Shown one piece after another: positions 31,547-41,247 of a DNA stretch of 62,967 bases; within the stretch, counting starts at the first letter, position 1; the number at the start of each line of letters is the position of its first letter. Where the stretch lies: contig RDOB01000009.1 in assembly GCA_011364965.1 (NCBI GenBank), positions 1 to 62,967 of the forward strand. The letters are read 5' to 3'. The stretch comes from Candidatus Heimdallarchaeota archaeon (GTDB lineage: Archaea > Asgardarchaeota > Heimdallarchaeia > Hodarchaeales > Hodarchaeaceae). A model generated the notes under the pieces. It was given only the letters and a program-made list of their open reading frames with translations. It made no database searches and was not told where the DNA came from. A program made the position numbers and the translations under genes.

Positions 31547-31974
31547 ATGGCATAAGTTTCTGATACATATTTATCATTAGTAGACAGCACTGCACCGACC
31601 CTCACACACATTTTTTATTGTCGATTTGTAAGTGGGGATCCAGACATAAAATTAATATGGTCTGCATATGATTTACACCCTGCTTCTTATGAATTCAAAC
31701 GAAGTGATGAATCCTTAGGTCGATTTGACTGGGATGGGTCAAATATCGTATATCACCTAGTGAGCTGGGTACCTGGAAATCATACGCTCTATTTAGAAGT
31801 GAAAGACACGTCTGGAAACATGATTACAGATGAAGTTTTAATAACTCTAGTCATAGTAGAAAATATAGAAACACAAACTGCCATAGGTACAGCTGGTTTC
31901 AATTTACTCCTTGTAGGAATAGCTGTTTTTGTTGTTATAAATTTAGAAAATTAAGAAGAAAGAAGAATTTATAG
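31547..31974 (+). pseudogene. Remnant of an Ig-like surface protein with a C-terminal anchor
   Basis: ATG GCA TAA, then an open frame VDSTAPTL..W.AYDLHP..WDG...GNHTL..KDTSGN..AGF-TM. The basic tail KFRKLRRKK lies in a different frame. Confidence 0.65.
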
Positions 31975-32194
31975 TGAACGTTCATGTGTACTTTAAAACA
32001 TGTTCACACTTTCACCTAGAGAAATTATTCGCATATTCCAAATCTTACCATATCATTAACTCATAAATTTCGGATAATTTTTCTCTCTAAAAATTAATAG
32101 ATTAATTATATTTCTACATCAAGACCACTCAATTGAAGGAGCTTTTCATCGTCGGTTGAAGTAAATATCAGTAGATATTATACCAAAAGAAAGT

Positions 32195-32728
32195 TCATTG
32201 AGGTCTCATCCGCCAAATCCGAATTGATTCAAAAATAAAAGCAAAAATACCCAAGAATAATATTAGTAGAATAATCCAGTTAAAAGGATCAGTGATAAAC
32301 GCATCACCACGATCGAGAGCAGTGAGTATAAAACAAAATAGGCCAAGAAGGAAGAGTAAAAGATAGATGGAGAAGCGAGGAATCATTCGGTAGCCAATTC
32401 GGATGTAAAATCCAAGAATTCCAGATTTAATTTCTGCTCGAACTCTATATTTATCTTGCTCTGGATCCTTTACAACCACTCCAGCAGATTCAAGCTTGGA
32501 AAGTTGATATGTAACTGTACCTGGAGAGGCAAAATCCAAAGCACGCTGAATTTCCCGGATACTAGCTGTATCATGGGTAACTAAGAACCAGTATACCTGA
32601 AGAGCTTTCCCCTGCACAATTTCCTTATCAATTGGAGATCGGGTCGTTCCAATAGACCGAATACGATCTATTATGTTTGAAAAAAGCTGAAAGATCCTTT
32701 CTTTCAAGCTTTTTTCTTCCTTCGACAT
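32195..32728 (-). CDS. Membrane-anchored winged-helix regulator (paralog 2)
   Basis: QGKALQVYWFL..IREIQR..SPGTVTYQLSKL..SGILGFYIRIG.RMIPR, two TM helices, IWRMRPQ end. Confidence 0.85.
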   Translation of the reverse strand: MSKEEKSLKERIFQLFSNIIDRIRSIGTTRSPIDKEIVQGKALQVYWFLVTHDTASIREIQRALDFASPGTVTYQLSKLESAGVVVKDPEQDKYRVRAEIKSGILGFYIRIGYRMIPRFSIYLLLFLLGLFCFILTALDRGDAFITDPFNWIILLILFLGIFAFIFESIRIWRMRPQ

Positions 32729-32772
32729 CTCGAGAGTCTCAACTGCAATCTCCTGAGAAGATTCTTTAATAA

Positions 32773-34914
32773 TTATTGTAATAAAAATTCCTCCTTAATA
32801 TTCTTCAAAAAGATCCGATTAATCAGAATTACTGCTGCCCCCAGAGAGATAACTGTCCCAAGTAATATTAGATAAGGAAAAAGAAACGTGAAGGATCGAA
32901 CAACTTCGTCTAGGATGGGAATTGGTGGTACTTCAAATCCAATACTAAAAATCTGAGGTTCAGAAGAAAGATCAATGGATGTTTCAATGTAACGAAAATC
33001 AAAATTTGAGGAGCGAACCTCTAGCTTATTCCATAATCCTAGCGAACTATTCCATACATAGATAGAAGGTGGTTCTATGTTAGAACTTTCATTAAAATCT
33101 GAAAGATCGTAATAAAAACGTAGCGAATATAGTTTCTCTTCATCTGCAGTAAGACGATAGAACTTTGCCAACATATCTGTTTGAGAGTAAAAGAAATGAT
33201 TGAACTGGGAAGTATATTCAATAGAGATACTTGAATCATACTTCATAGAACCTGGAAAGATAGATAAATCTGCTAATTGACAATATAGGGGACTATCGGA
33301 GACAGGAATATTAGAGATGGACAGAATTGGATCAGTTTGTACAGGAAAATTAAATGTTATCTCCCCATTGACATTCCACTCTACTAGAGAACTTATCGTG
33401 GATGCTCGTAAATAACAGATTCTTCTTTCTTCAAGGAAAAGATATGGGACTTTTTCTTGTGATAACCATTGAATAAGATAATAGTAATATTCGCGTTCCT
33501 GTTCTACAGGAGTAGATTGAGCATATGAAATCAATAAATCCATGTAAGTATCATTAAATCCCCCCAAATTTAAACGACCAGAAGAATGAAGAAAATTCCA
33601 AACATAGCTGGGGTCAACCATTCCACCAAATCCTCCGATATAGATATCAAAAGGTGCAATCCCGCTATAGAAATCCTCTACAGGAGGAAAAGAAAGAATT
33701 GGATTGATCCCAATTTCAATTAGTTGATTTTGAATGAAGTACACTTTTTCTGATCTAGCTTCATTACTAACGAGATTCAGTGCAAAACGATATCCATCAG
33801 AGCCTCGAGGGTATCCTGCAATATCAAGAAGAGCATTCGCAAGATTTGGATCGTAAAGATAACCAGGAACGGACTCATCGTGAAAAAGTGAGGTTGAAAA
33901 AAGGATACTTGTAAGAACATTGCGTGAATTTGGGACTTGAGAAAACTGAAGAGAGAGATTGACTTTATCAATGGCATAATTTATGGCAGAACGAACTCTA
34001 GAATCCGCTAAATACGGATTAGAATGATTAAACCATCCCAGCTCAAGAGCTGCCCATCCTAGAGAATCCTCCCAATAATTATCATCTTCAGGTAGTAGAT
34101 CATATAGAGGAATTAAACCAAAATCTCCCTCATGATTAAGCACCGCGTCATCATAAGCTCCAAGATCATCGAAAACGTTGTAAAGAATCTGGGAAAAAGG
34201 AGGTATCCCACGGAAATGGTGAGTATTACGAGTGAGAAGATATGTTGAGAGATTATTTGAAGCCTCTGTAAATTGATAAAGCCCTGTTCCGATGGGAAAA
34301 GAAATATTAGGACCGGTAAAGCTTCTTGGTGAATAAATACCAAGTAAAGCAGCTTCATTATACAAAAAAGGCGCATAAGGCTCAGAAAAATGGAAAGTAA
34401 CTGTGAAGGGATTCATAATAGTCACAGACTCAAGAGGAAAAGATTGAAGATCCAGAGCATATAATCCAGGATCAATATAAGCAGGATGAGAGGGATCGAT
34501 GATTCGGTCATAGGAGAATTTTACAGCGGATGCATTAAAAGGAGTCCCATCGTGGAAAAATACGTTTCGACGAAGGAAAAACGTCCAATGCCGACTATCC
34601 AGACTAACAATCCAAGAGGTTGCAAGGGAAGGGATTAACTCTTCTCTTTCAAAAGAATAATCTACAAGAGAATCAAAAACTAGAGATGGGAGAGGGGAAA
34701 AAGAGGCTAAAAAATCGAAATTTTGAAGAGTTCTAGGTGAATCAAAATAAAAAGAAAGGATACGAAAAGGAGTATCTTCAGGTAGTGTAGTTGATTCCAA
34801 AGAAGTAGCTAAGGAGAGATTATAGTAATAATTTGGAATTGAAACAGCAAATATACTACTAGAAACAAGAAAAACACCTGTCAAGAATGGGATTAAAATA
34901 TAACGAAATTTCAT
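32773..34914 (-). CDS. Family 5 (DppA/OppA-like) substrate-binding protein with an extra C-terminal domain and TM anchor
   Basis: PSLATSW, FHDGTPFNASAVKFS, PIGTG, VRSAINYAID motifs; signal peptide and C-terminal TM. Confidence 0.9.
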   Translation of the reverse strand: MKFRYILIPFLTGVFLVSSSIFAVSIPNYYYNLSLATSLESTTLPEDTPFRILSFYFDSPRTLQNFDFLASFSPLPSLVFDSLVDYSFEREELIPSLATSWIVSLDSRHWTFFLRRNVFFHDGTPFNASAVKFSYDRIIDPSHPAYIDPGLYALDLQSFPLESVTIMNPFTVTFHFSEPYAPFLYNEAALLGIYSPRSFTGPNISFPIGTGLYQFTEASNNLSTYLLTRNTHHFRGIPPFSQILYNVFDDLGAYDDAVLNHEGDFGLIPLYDLLPEDDNYWEDSLGWAALELGWFNHSNPYLADSRVRSAINYAIDKVNLSLQFSQVPNSRNVLTSILFSTSLFHDESVPGYLYDPNLANALLDIAGYPRGSDGYRFALNLVSNEARSEKVYFIQNQLIEIGINPILSFPPVEDFYSGIAPFDIYIGGFGGMVDPSYVWNFLHSSGRLNLGGFNDTYMDLLISYAQSTPVEQEREYYYYLIQWLSQEKVPYLFLEERRICYLRASTISSLVEWNVNGEITFNFPVQTDPILSISNIPVSDSPLYCQLADLSIFPGSMKYDSSISIEYTSQFNHFFYSQTDMLAKFYRLTADEEKLYSLRFYYDLSDFNESSNIEPPSIYVWNSSLGLWNKLEVRSSNFDFRYIETSIDLSSEPQIFSIGFEVPPIPILDEVVRSFTFLFPYLILLGTVISLGAAVILINRIFLKNIKEEFLLQ

Positions 34915-34990
34915 ATAACCAATACCTCACAACCTGGATCTCTCAAGTATTCTAACAGGAAAAACATCAAAATAGATAGAATTTTCCCCC

Positions 34991-35055
34991 TACTTAAAAC
35001 TTTCCACGATACATGCAATGAAAAATTCTATACGGTCTGTACAAAACTTTGTACA
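34991..35055 (-). promoter_or_regulatory. Operator TGTACA-N6-TGTACA-N3-CGTATA, then N24, then BRE/TATA GAAAGTTTTAAGTA
   Basis: Read directly; mirror image of the promoter at 35113-35177. Confidence 0.75.
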
Positions 35056-35112
35056 GCAAATAAAGGGAATAAAGGAAGTATTCAGATATTTTCCTCAGAA
35101 CATCCTTTTTGG

Positions 35113-35177
35113 TGTACAGACCCTTGTACACAGTGTACAAAGATTAATACATGTCTAATTGTAGAAAAGCTTAAGTA
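35113..35177 (+). promoter_or_regulatory. Operator TGTACA-N6-TGTACA-N3-TGTACA, then N24, then BRE/TATA GAAAAGCTTAAGTA
   Basis: Three perfect TGTACA hexamers at 35113, 35125 and 35134. Confidence 0.78.
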
Positions 35178-35370
35178 GAAGAAAGATATAGCTTTTTTAG
35201 CCTTAATTTATTAAATAAATATCCTTCTAAAGAATATTTTAACTATGATAGATATTTTGAAAAGTTAAACCAGTAAATTCAGAAGAAGAACTATTATTCT
35301 ACAGCTAATTTATGCAAGATGACTTAATATAATCAGATTTCCCAAACAAAAGAACCATTAAATAAAGCAA

Positions 35371-36930
35371 TTGGAAAGAAAAAAAATGATCAATTCAAAG
35401 AATATAGTTAAGCAAAGAATTTGTGTTTATTTTTCCCTTGTGATACTTATTTTCCTAATATATCAAGGAGTTCAAGGGGAAGAACGGAACGCTGGATTTT
35501 TTATAAACTATTCTACTCAAGCGACATCAGATTGGGTAAAAATGAACCCAGCGATAGCTCCTCCTGCACGGTATTATCTTGGAGGGCAGATGGCTTATGA
35601 TTCGGAATCAGATCGAGTAATCATTTTCAGTGGCGCTGTACAATCAGGAGTAGGATGGTTTATAAGTATTAATGATACTTGGGCGTATGATTACAACTCC
35701 AATATCTGGGAGAATATGACGAATGAGCAAATGCGCGATAATGGTCGAATATATGGTGGGATGGCTTATGATTCGGAATCAGATCGAATCATTCTGTTTG
35801 GGGGGGCAGATAGTCGGTATATGGCGAATTCCACTAGAGTAGGTGAAACATGGAGTTATGATTATAATACAAACACTTGGACAAATTTAACCACAGCTAA
35901 TGGCCCTCCTGCCCGAGGGTGCCATTCCATGACCTATGATGAAGCTAATGACCGTATGATAATTTATGGTGGGATGCATCCAGGGATCTATTATGAGAAT
36001 CTTCACTTTTACCAGGACACCTGGGCTTATGATTATAATTCAAACACCTGGACGAATATGTCGCCCCCAGTGAATCCTGGACCGTTAATCCAACAGGGAT
36101 ACGCATATGACTCTGAATCCGAAAGAACTGTCATCTTCGGCGGGAGAAATCAATCACATAGCGATGATGGCGTAAATTATCCTGCTTTCTCAAGCAGCAA
36201 CACCTGGGTTTATAGCTACTCCCACAACAATTGGACGAAAATGTCTCCTGCTAATTCTCCCTCGAGAAGAGCGATTGTTGGGATGGCTTATATGACTCAT
36301 CTTGACAAAGCTTGTTTCTTTGGGGGAATTATTCCATGGAACGATTTTTCTGATACATGGACTTATGATTATAATACTGATACTTGGACTGATATGAATT
36401 CTCCTTCCCCCCCATCCGCTCGTTATTTTCATTCTTTCGCGTATGATTCCGAATCCGAGGTAATTATTCTATTTGGTGGGATGCAGTATGGAGGAGGATA
36501 TGTGGATGATACATGGGCGTATACTTATCAGGCAAATCCACCCAGTACTCCTTTAGATTTCCAAGGACATTTTGTCAACGATGAAGTCAAGCTAAACTGG
36601 ACTTCTCCGAAGACCGATGCAGGCTCACCCATCACGGGGTATTTGATTTATCGAGGAAGTACAGACAATGATCTAACTCTGTACAAAACAATACAAGGAA
36701 AAGACACTTTAGAGTATAATGATACAGATATCAGTAAAGGAAGTACTTATTATTATACTATCCGGGCAAAAAATACTGTTGGTGAGAGTAAAAGTTCAAA
36801 AATGGTTTCAATAACCATTTCTTCGTCTCCAAGTGTTACTGGATTTCCCCTTATCTTGATAAGTGCAACTATTATCTGTTTAGCGATTCGACGAAAAATG
36901 ACAAGAAAAAAGAACAAAAAGTGGATTTAG
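35371..36930 (+). CDS. Secreted kelch-repeat beta-propeller + FN3 protein with C-terminal anchor
   Basis: Six AYDSES..IILFGG..DTW.YDY..NTW repeats; FN3 (W..P..GSPITGY..YYYTIRAKN.VGES); TGF-TM-RRK tail. Confidence 0.9.
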   Translation: MERKKMINSKNIVKQRICVYFSLVILIFLIYQGVQGEERNAGFFINYSTQATSDWVKMNPAIAPPARYYLGGQMAYDSESDRVIIFSGAVQSGVGWFISINDTWAYDYNSNIWENMTNEQMRDNGRIYGGMAYDSESDRIILFGGADSRYMANSTRVGETWSYDYNTNTWTNLTTANGPPARGCHSMTYDEANDRMIIYGGMHPGIYYENLHFYQDTWAYDYNSNTWTNMSPPVNPGPLIQQGYAYDSESERTVIFGGRNQSHSDDGVNYPAFSSSNTWVYSYSHNNWTKMSPANSPSRRAIVGMAYMTHLDKACFFGGIIPWNDFSDTWTYDYNTDTWTDMNSPSPPSARYFHSFAYDSESEVIILFGGMQYGGGYVDDTWAYTYQANPPSTPLDFQGHFVNDEVKLNWTSPKTDAGSPITGYLIYRGSTDNDLTLYKTIQGKDTLEYNDTDISKGSTYYYTIRAKNTVGESKSSKMVSITISSSPSVTGFPLILISATIICLAIRRKMTRKKNKKWI

Positions 36931-36949
36931 TTTAGAGAGAGAAAAGAAA

Positions 36950-38479
36950 ATGAGTGTATATTCAAAAAAACTAAAGTTAGCATGGATTATTATTTTGGGT
37001 TACTCTTGTTTTGCACTTTTAGTCTGTAACAACATAGTTATTGCTAATCATTTAGATATTCCTTTAATGCAAAGAAGTATCTCCCAAAGTAGTTCAGATT
37101 GGGTGGAAATGTCTCCCGTAATTGCGCCACCAGCACGGTATCATCATGCATTTCAAACTGCTTATGACTCACAATCAGACAGAATTATTCTCTTTAGTGG
37201 AGATAATGGAGATTATTCTAGAATGTTTAATGATACATGGGCATATGATTATAATACAAATACTTGGGAAAACCTTACTACCCCTGAAATGAAGAACGTA
37301 GCCAAACTCGCTGCAGCAATGGCTTATGATTCGGAATCTGATCGTATAATCATGTTTGGCGGGTGGAAATGGGCACATGGACATTCAGTATATCAAGATA
37401 CTGGTGTGGGAGAAACTTGGAGTTATGATTATGAAACTAACATCTGGATGAACCTCACCACTGAGAATAGCCCGCCATTTCGAGGATGTTGTTCCCTGAC
37501 TTATGATGAGGCGAATGATAGGATGATTATGTTTGGTGGCTTTGATTCGAATATGAACTTGAATACTGATTTGCCATTTTATCACGATACTTGGGCTTAT
37601 GATTATAACACTAATACTTGGACCAATATGAGTCCTACTGTAAATCCTCCATCCTTGGGGAACCCTGGGTGCGCCTATGATATAGAATCCAATAAAACAA
37701 TTCTTTTTGGTGGAGTTTCCTGTAGGAACACCTACAGGTGTGTTGATCGTGATGAAACTTGGGTTTATGATTATAAAGAAAACACATGGACCAATATGAA
37801 CCCAGTAGTTCACCCCACTAACCGAGTTCTTGGAATGATGACGTATAATTCAAAAATAGATCGTGTTTTATTCTTTGGTGGTTTGTTTTATAACGGTGGT
37901 ATTTATCTTGGAGATACTTGGAACTATGATTATAATAGTAACATTTGGACAAATATGAATTCCCCTAATCCACCGTCACGACGTATGATTCATTCATTTG
38001 ATTACGATTCAGAATCAGATGTTGCAATTCTCTTTGGTGGGAAAACTATTGATTCTATCGGCGCAAGCGTATTAATTTCTGATACATGGGCATATAGGTA
38101 CCAAGCTAATGCTCCTACTCCTCCCACTAATCTACAGGCTGAGGAAGTCAATGGTGAGGTGAATTTAACATGGACTGTACCTTTAACTCATGCAGGATCC
38201 CCTATTACAGAATATGTAATATATCGTGGAAGTGAAGCTGATTCACGCACTCTCTATAAAACAGTTTTAGGTGCAGAAACATTTAATTTCCATGATACAG
38301 AAGTAAATAAAGGAGGGACCTATTTCTATACTGTGAGAGCAAAAAACGCAGTTGGTGAAAGTGAGGATTCCGATATTGTAGAAATTAAGATTCCAAGTAC
38401 AGCTCCTGGCTTCTCGATCCTAATTGTATCAAGTACATTTCTAGTTTGGGCAATTTACAAGAAAAAATTTGTAAAATAG
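36950..38479 (+). CDS. Secreted kelch-repeat beta-propeller + FN3 protein (tandem paralog)
   Basis: Same architecture; APGF-TM-KKK tail. Confidence 0.9.
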   Translation: MSVYSKKLKLAWIIILGYSCFALLVCNNIVIANHLDIPLMQRSISQSSSDWVEMSPVIAPPARYHHAFQTAYDSQSDRIILFSGDNGDYSRMFNDTWAYDYNTNTWENLTTPEMKNVAKLAAAMAYDSESDRIIMFGGWKWAHGHSVYQDTGVGETWSYDYETNIWMNLTTENSPPFRGCCSLTYDEANDRMIMFGGFDSNMNLNTDLPFYHDTWAYDYNTNTWTNMSPTVNPPSLGNPGCAYDIESNKTILFGGVSCRNTYRCVDRDETWVYDYKENTWTNMNPVVHPTNRVLGMMTYNSKIDRVLFFGGLFYNGGIYLGDTWNYDYNSNIWTNMNSPNPPSRRMIHSFDYDSESDVAILFGGKTIDSIGASVLISDTWAYRYQANAPTPPTNLQAEEVNGEVNLTWTVPLTHAGSPITEYVIYRGSEADSRTLYKTVLGAETFNFHDTEVNKGGTYFYTVRAKNAVGESEDSDIVEIKIPSTAPGFSILIVSSTFLVWAIYKKKFVK

Positions 38480-38777
38480 TTTTTTGGGGTATATAGCATC
38501 CCAAACAAATTCCTTTTTTCTCTTAATACGTAAAATTTGTTTAAGACTTACATTTATTAGAAATTAAGACTAATATGAGTCCCATAACAAGCCTCAAAAA
38601 TCAAACTTAAGAACTGATACCTATATTTAGCATCTGAAAAGATGAAACAGAGAAAAAAGAACGAAGACTAAAGTCTCCGTTTCCGAGTTAAGAGGAAAAT
38701 CATCCATAAATTCTTCTTATCATCACATATTCTGTTGTTACCGTAAAATTTTTCTTGCATCAAAATAATCTATATTT

Positions 38778-39539
38778 GTGATACTCATGATTGATGTTCT
38801 AATACAAGAAAATATTGCGATAGCCTCATTAAATCGCAGTAGAACTAATGCTCTTAATACTGCACTGCTTAACGAACTCCAAACGACACTCAGCTATTTC
38901 TCTGCTGATGATAATATCCGAGCATTAGTTTTAACCAGTTCTAGTGATCGATTTTTCTCAATTGGCCTTGATGTCCCTGAAGTCTTCGATTTGTCTCAAT
39001 CCGATTTTGAATCCTTTTATCGATTGTTCACACAGGTCTGTTTAGATCTTTTTATATTTCATAAGCCTGTGATCGCAGCTATTCCTGGGCATGCTACCGC
39101 CGGGGGTTGTATTCTCGCACTATGCTGTGATTATCGCTATATCAGTCAAGGAAAAGCTGTAATGGGATTGAATGAAATAAAACTCGGAGTTCCAGTCCCA
39201 TACCTTGCAGATTATATTCTCCATAGTATAGTGGGGACTAAAGATGCCCGATCGCTTATGGAATCAGGAAATTTCCTTCCTGTGGAGGAATTAGCTCGTT
39301 TTGGTTTAGTAGATGAAGTAATTAATCCTCCATCTGAGTTATTAAAGCGTGCTATGGAGAAAGCTAAGGAATTTTGCTCTTACTCCCCCACTGCTTACAC
39401 TGCTATCAAATATAACCGAACAAATCCCATTATTACCCGCTATACACAAACACGAGAGGAAGAGGTTAAGTTGTTTGTACAGTGTTGGTACTCTGATACA
39501 GCTAGACACGTACTGAAGGAAATAATAAACAAATTTTAA
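38778..39539 (+). CDS. Enoyl-CoA hydratase/isomerase
   Basis: FFSIGLD, GHATAGGC, GLNEIKLG motifs. Confidence 0.92.
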   Translation: MILMIDVLIQENIAIASLNRSRTNALNTALLNELQTTLSYFSADDNIRALVLTSSSDRFFSIGLDVPEVFDLSQSDFESFYRLFTQVCLDLFIFHKPVIAAIPGHATAGGCILALCCDYRYISQGKAVMGLNEIKLGVPVPYLADYILHSIVGTKDARSLMESGNFLPVEELARFGLVDEVINPPSELLKRAMEKAKEFCSYSPTAYTAIKYNRTNPIITRYTQTREEEVKLFVQCWYSDTARHVLKEIINKF

Positions 39540-40094
39540 GAAAACATTGAGACTAAAACTCTTCGACCTCGTTTCATTCATCGTAGAAGAATATGATAAA
39601 CATTAGAATAACCTCAGCTGCAGTATTTCGATTGCATGGCTTTTTAATGTCCGTGTCGTCTTCAACAGAGGGAATGGAGTCAGGAATACTCGCACCACCA
39701 TCAATGGAATATTACTGGACATTGCATAAAACATTATGTTGAATCAGAGGATGTTGGGTTAGGAGGAGGTTATGCAGCAACCTCTCATTATATGAAAATA
39801 CGTATAATGGATTCACAGTCAGGAAATATTTTGTGGGGAAAAGACGCTTATTGTACACAACCTCCAGATTGGGAGACTTTTTATCCAATGATTCTCTGCG
39901 ACGATCCTCACTCACTTGATATTCATTGGACTATTACTGTATGTTATGGGCTGATGCAAGTTATATAGCGAATGGAATACAATGGCGCAAATCCTCCTTA
40001 CTGGACTTATGTCACTCCATAAAACAGGAAAACTCAATTATAACTTCGTTCTTTTTATCTTAAATTAAAATTATAAACAGGATGAATAATTCAA

Positions 40095-40808
40095 ATGAAG
40101 CTGCTATCCGTAATAGCAACAATCAGCTTTTTAGTCTTATTCATATCTCCTATTTTTTCTGCAATGGGAATCCAGACAGAAGTCGCTTATAGAGAGTTCC
40201 CTGTAGGAAATGTATATTCGTGGCAATTTATGACCGTTTTAAATAATTCCCAACCATGTTATACCAATTAGCGTAGCGGATTGGATAATTTAACACAAAA
40301 TGATAAAATTTCTCTGAAAATTCTCTTTTCCACCAATTCTACCCTTAGATATGAAATTTCAGCCAATAGTCAATCATTTGAGGAAGGATTTATATTAAAT
40401 TCCTTCTTACAACAACTAGGAGAAGGAAATTCATATATACACCTCGGATATTATTTTTTCCTTCCAACAGGAGAGGAATTCTGGAGCGAGCTGGCATTGC
40501 ATATTAGTTCTACTTATCCAGCTGCTGATGTACACAATGGGGAATCCATTTTTTCATTTAATGCTTCAACAATATTCCATCAAACATATTCTTGGACGTT
40601 TGATAAAGCAACTGGCCTTTTGAGATCATTCAAACAAGTTGTGAGAGATCCAACCTTGAATTATGGGGTTCGTACTCCAGATGAATTGTATTTACTTCGA
40701 ACTGACTTAAAATCGAAATTACCAGAAATCATCCATATAGGTTTAGGAGCATTGATCCTAAGTGCTATCTTTGGATTAATAATTTTAATTCAGAAGAAGA
40801 ATAGGTGA
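40095..40808 (+). pseudogene. Secreted, C-terminally anchored protein interrupted by one in-frame TAG (40269-40271)
   Basis: ATG 40095 gives the signal peptide MKLLSVIATISFLVLFISPIFSA and is in frame with ORF 40281-40808. Confidence 0.75.
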
Positions 40809-41247
40809 ATTGTTAGTTTAATTCCTCTTTTCCTCTTTTTCTATTAATGAAAATCCACAATCATTGATAGAATAATCTTTAGAAGGTAAATAGCTCTACT
40901 ATAGATCCCTGATCCTCACTAAAACTTTATGTAGCAGATCAGTGGCTGATAGAGCTCCCATAGAAACATCAAATGCTCAAATGGATCAACGTAATCATGA
41001 CTTTGCTCTAAACATGCACAAAGATGACGGACTTGGGCTTTATGAGCCATTTTGAAGGACAACCATTGGTTCTTATAGTACAATTCTGTAGGGAAAATCC
41101 ATTTCTTTCAATTCTTTGATAAACACCTTCCTAGAAGCTAGATTTGATAAAATAGCTTTGATTTGATGCTCACACAGTTTAAAGCCACTCTAGCAGCATA
41201 TGAAAGAGATAGTGAGTGAGTTTTACCGAGTACTTTTCCTAGACCTT

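Noticed and set aside
31975-32006. TGAACG-N6-TGTACT..AAAACA-TGTTCA hexamer cluster
   Set aside because: Resembles the operator, but the spacing is imperfect and it lies between 3' ends with no downstream gene.
35590-38100. Repeated DNA words (GGCTTATGATTCGGAATC, TATGATTATAA) suggesting an array
   Set aside because: These are kelch-blade coding repeats, not CRISPR or DGR repeats; no cas or reverse transcriptase genes are in the window.
39570-39915. Short ORFs and a YSIDGG-containing fragment
   Set aside because: Possibly gene debris, but no coherent frame or family can be supported.
40880-41230. Coding-like intergenic stretch
   Set aside because: Stops interrupt the frames I read; no recognisable homology, terminal repeats or transposase.
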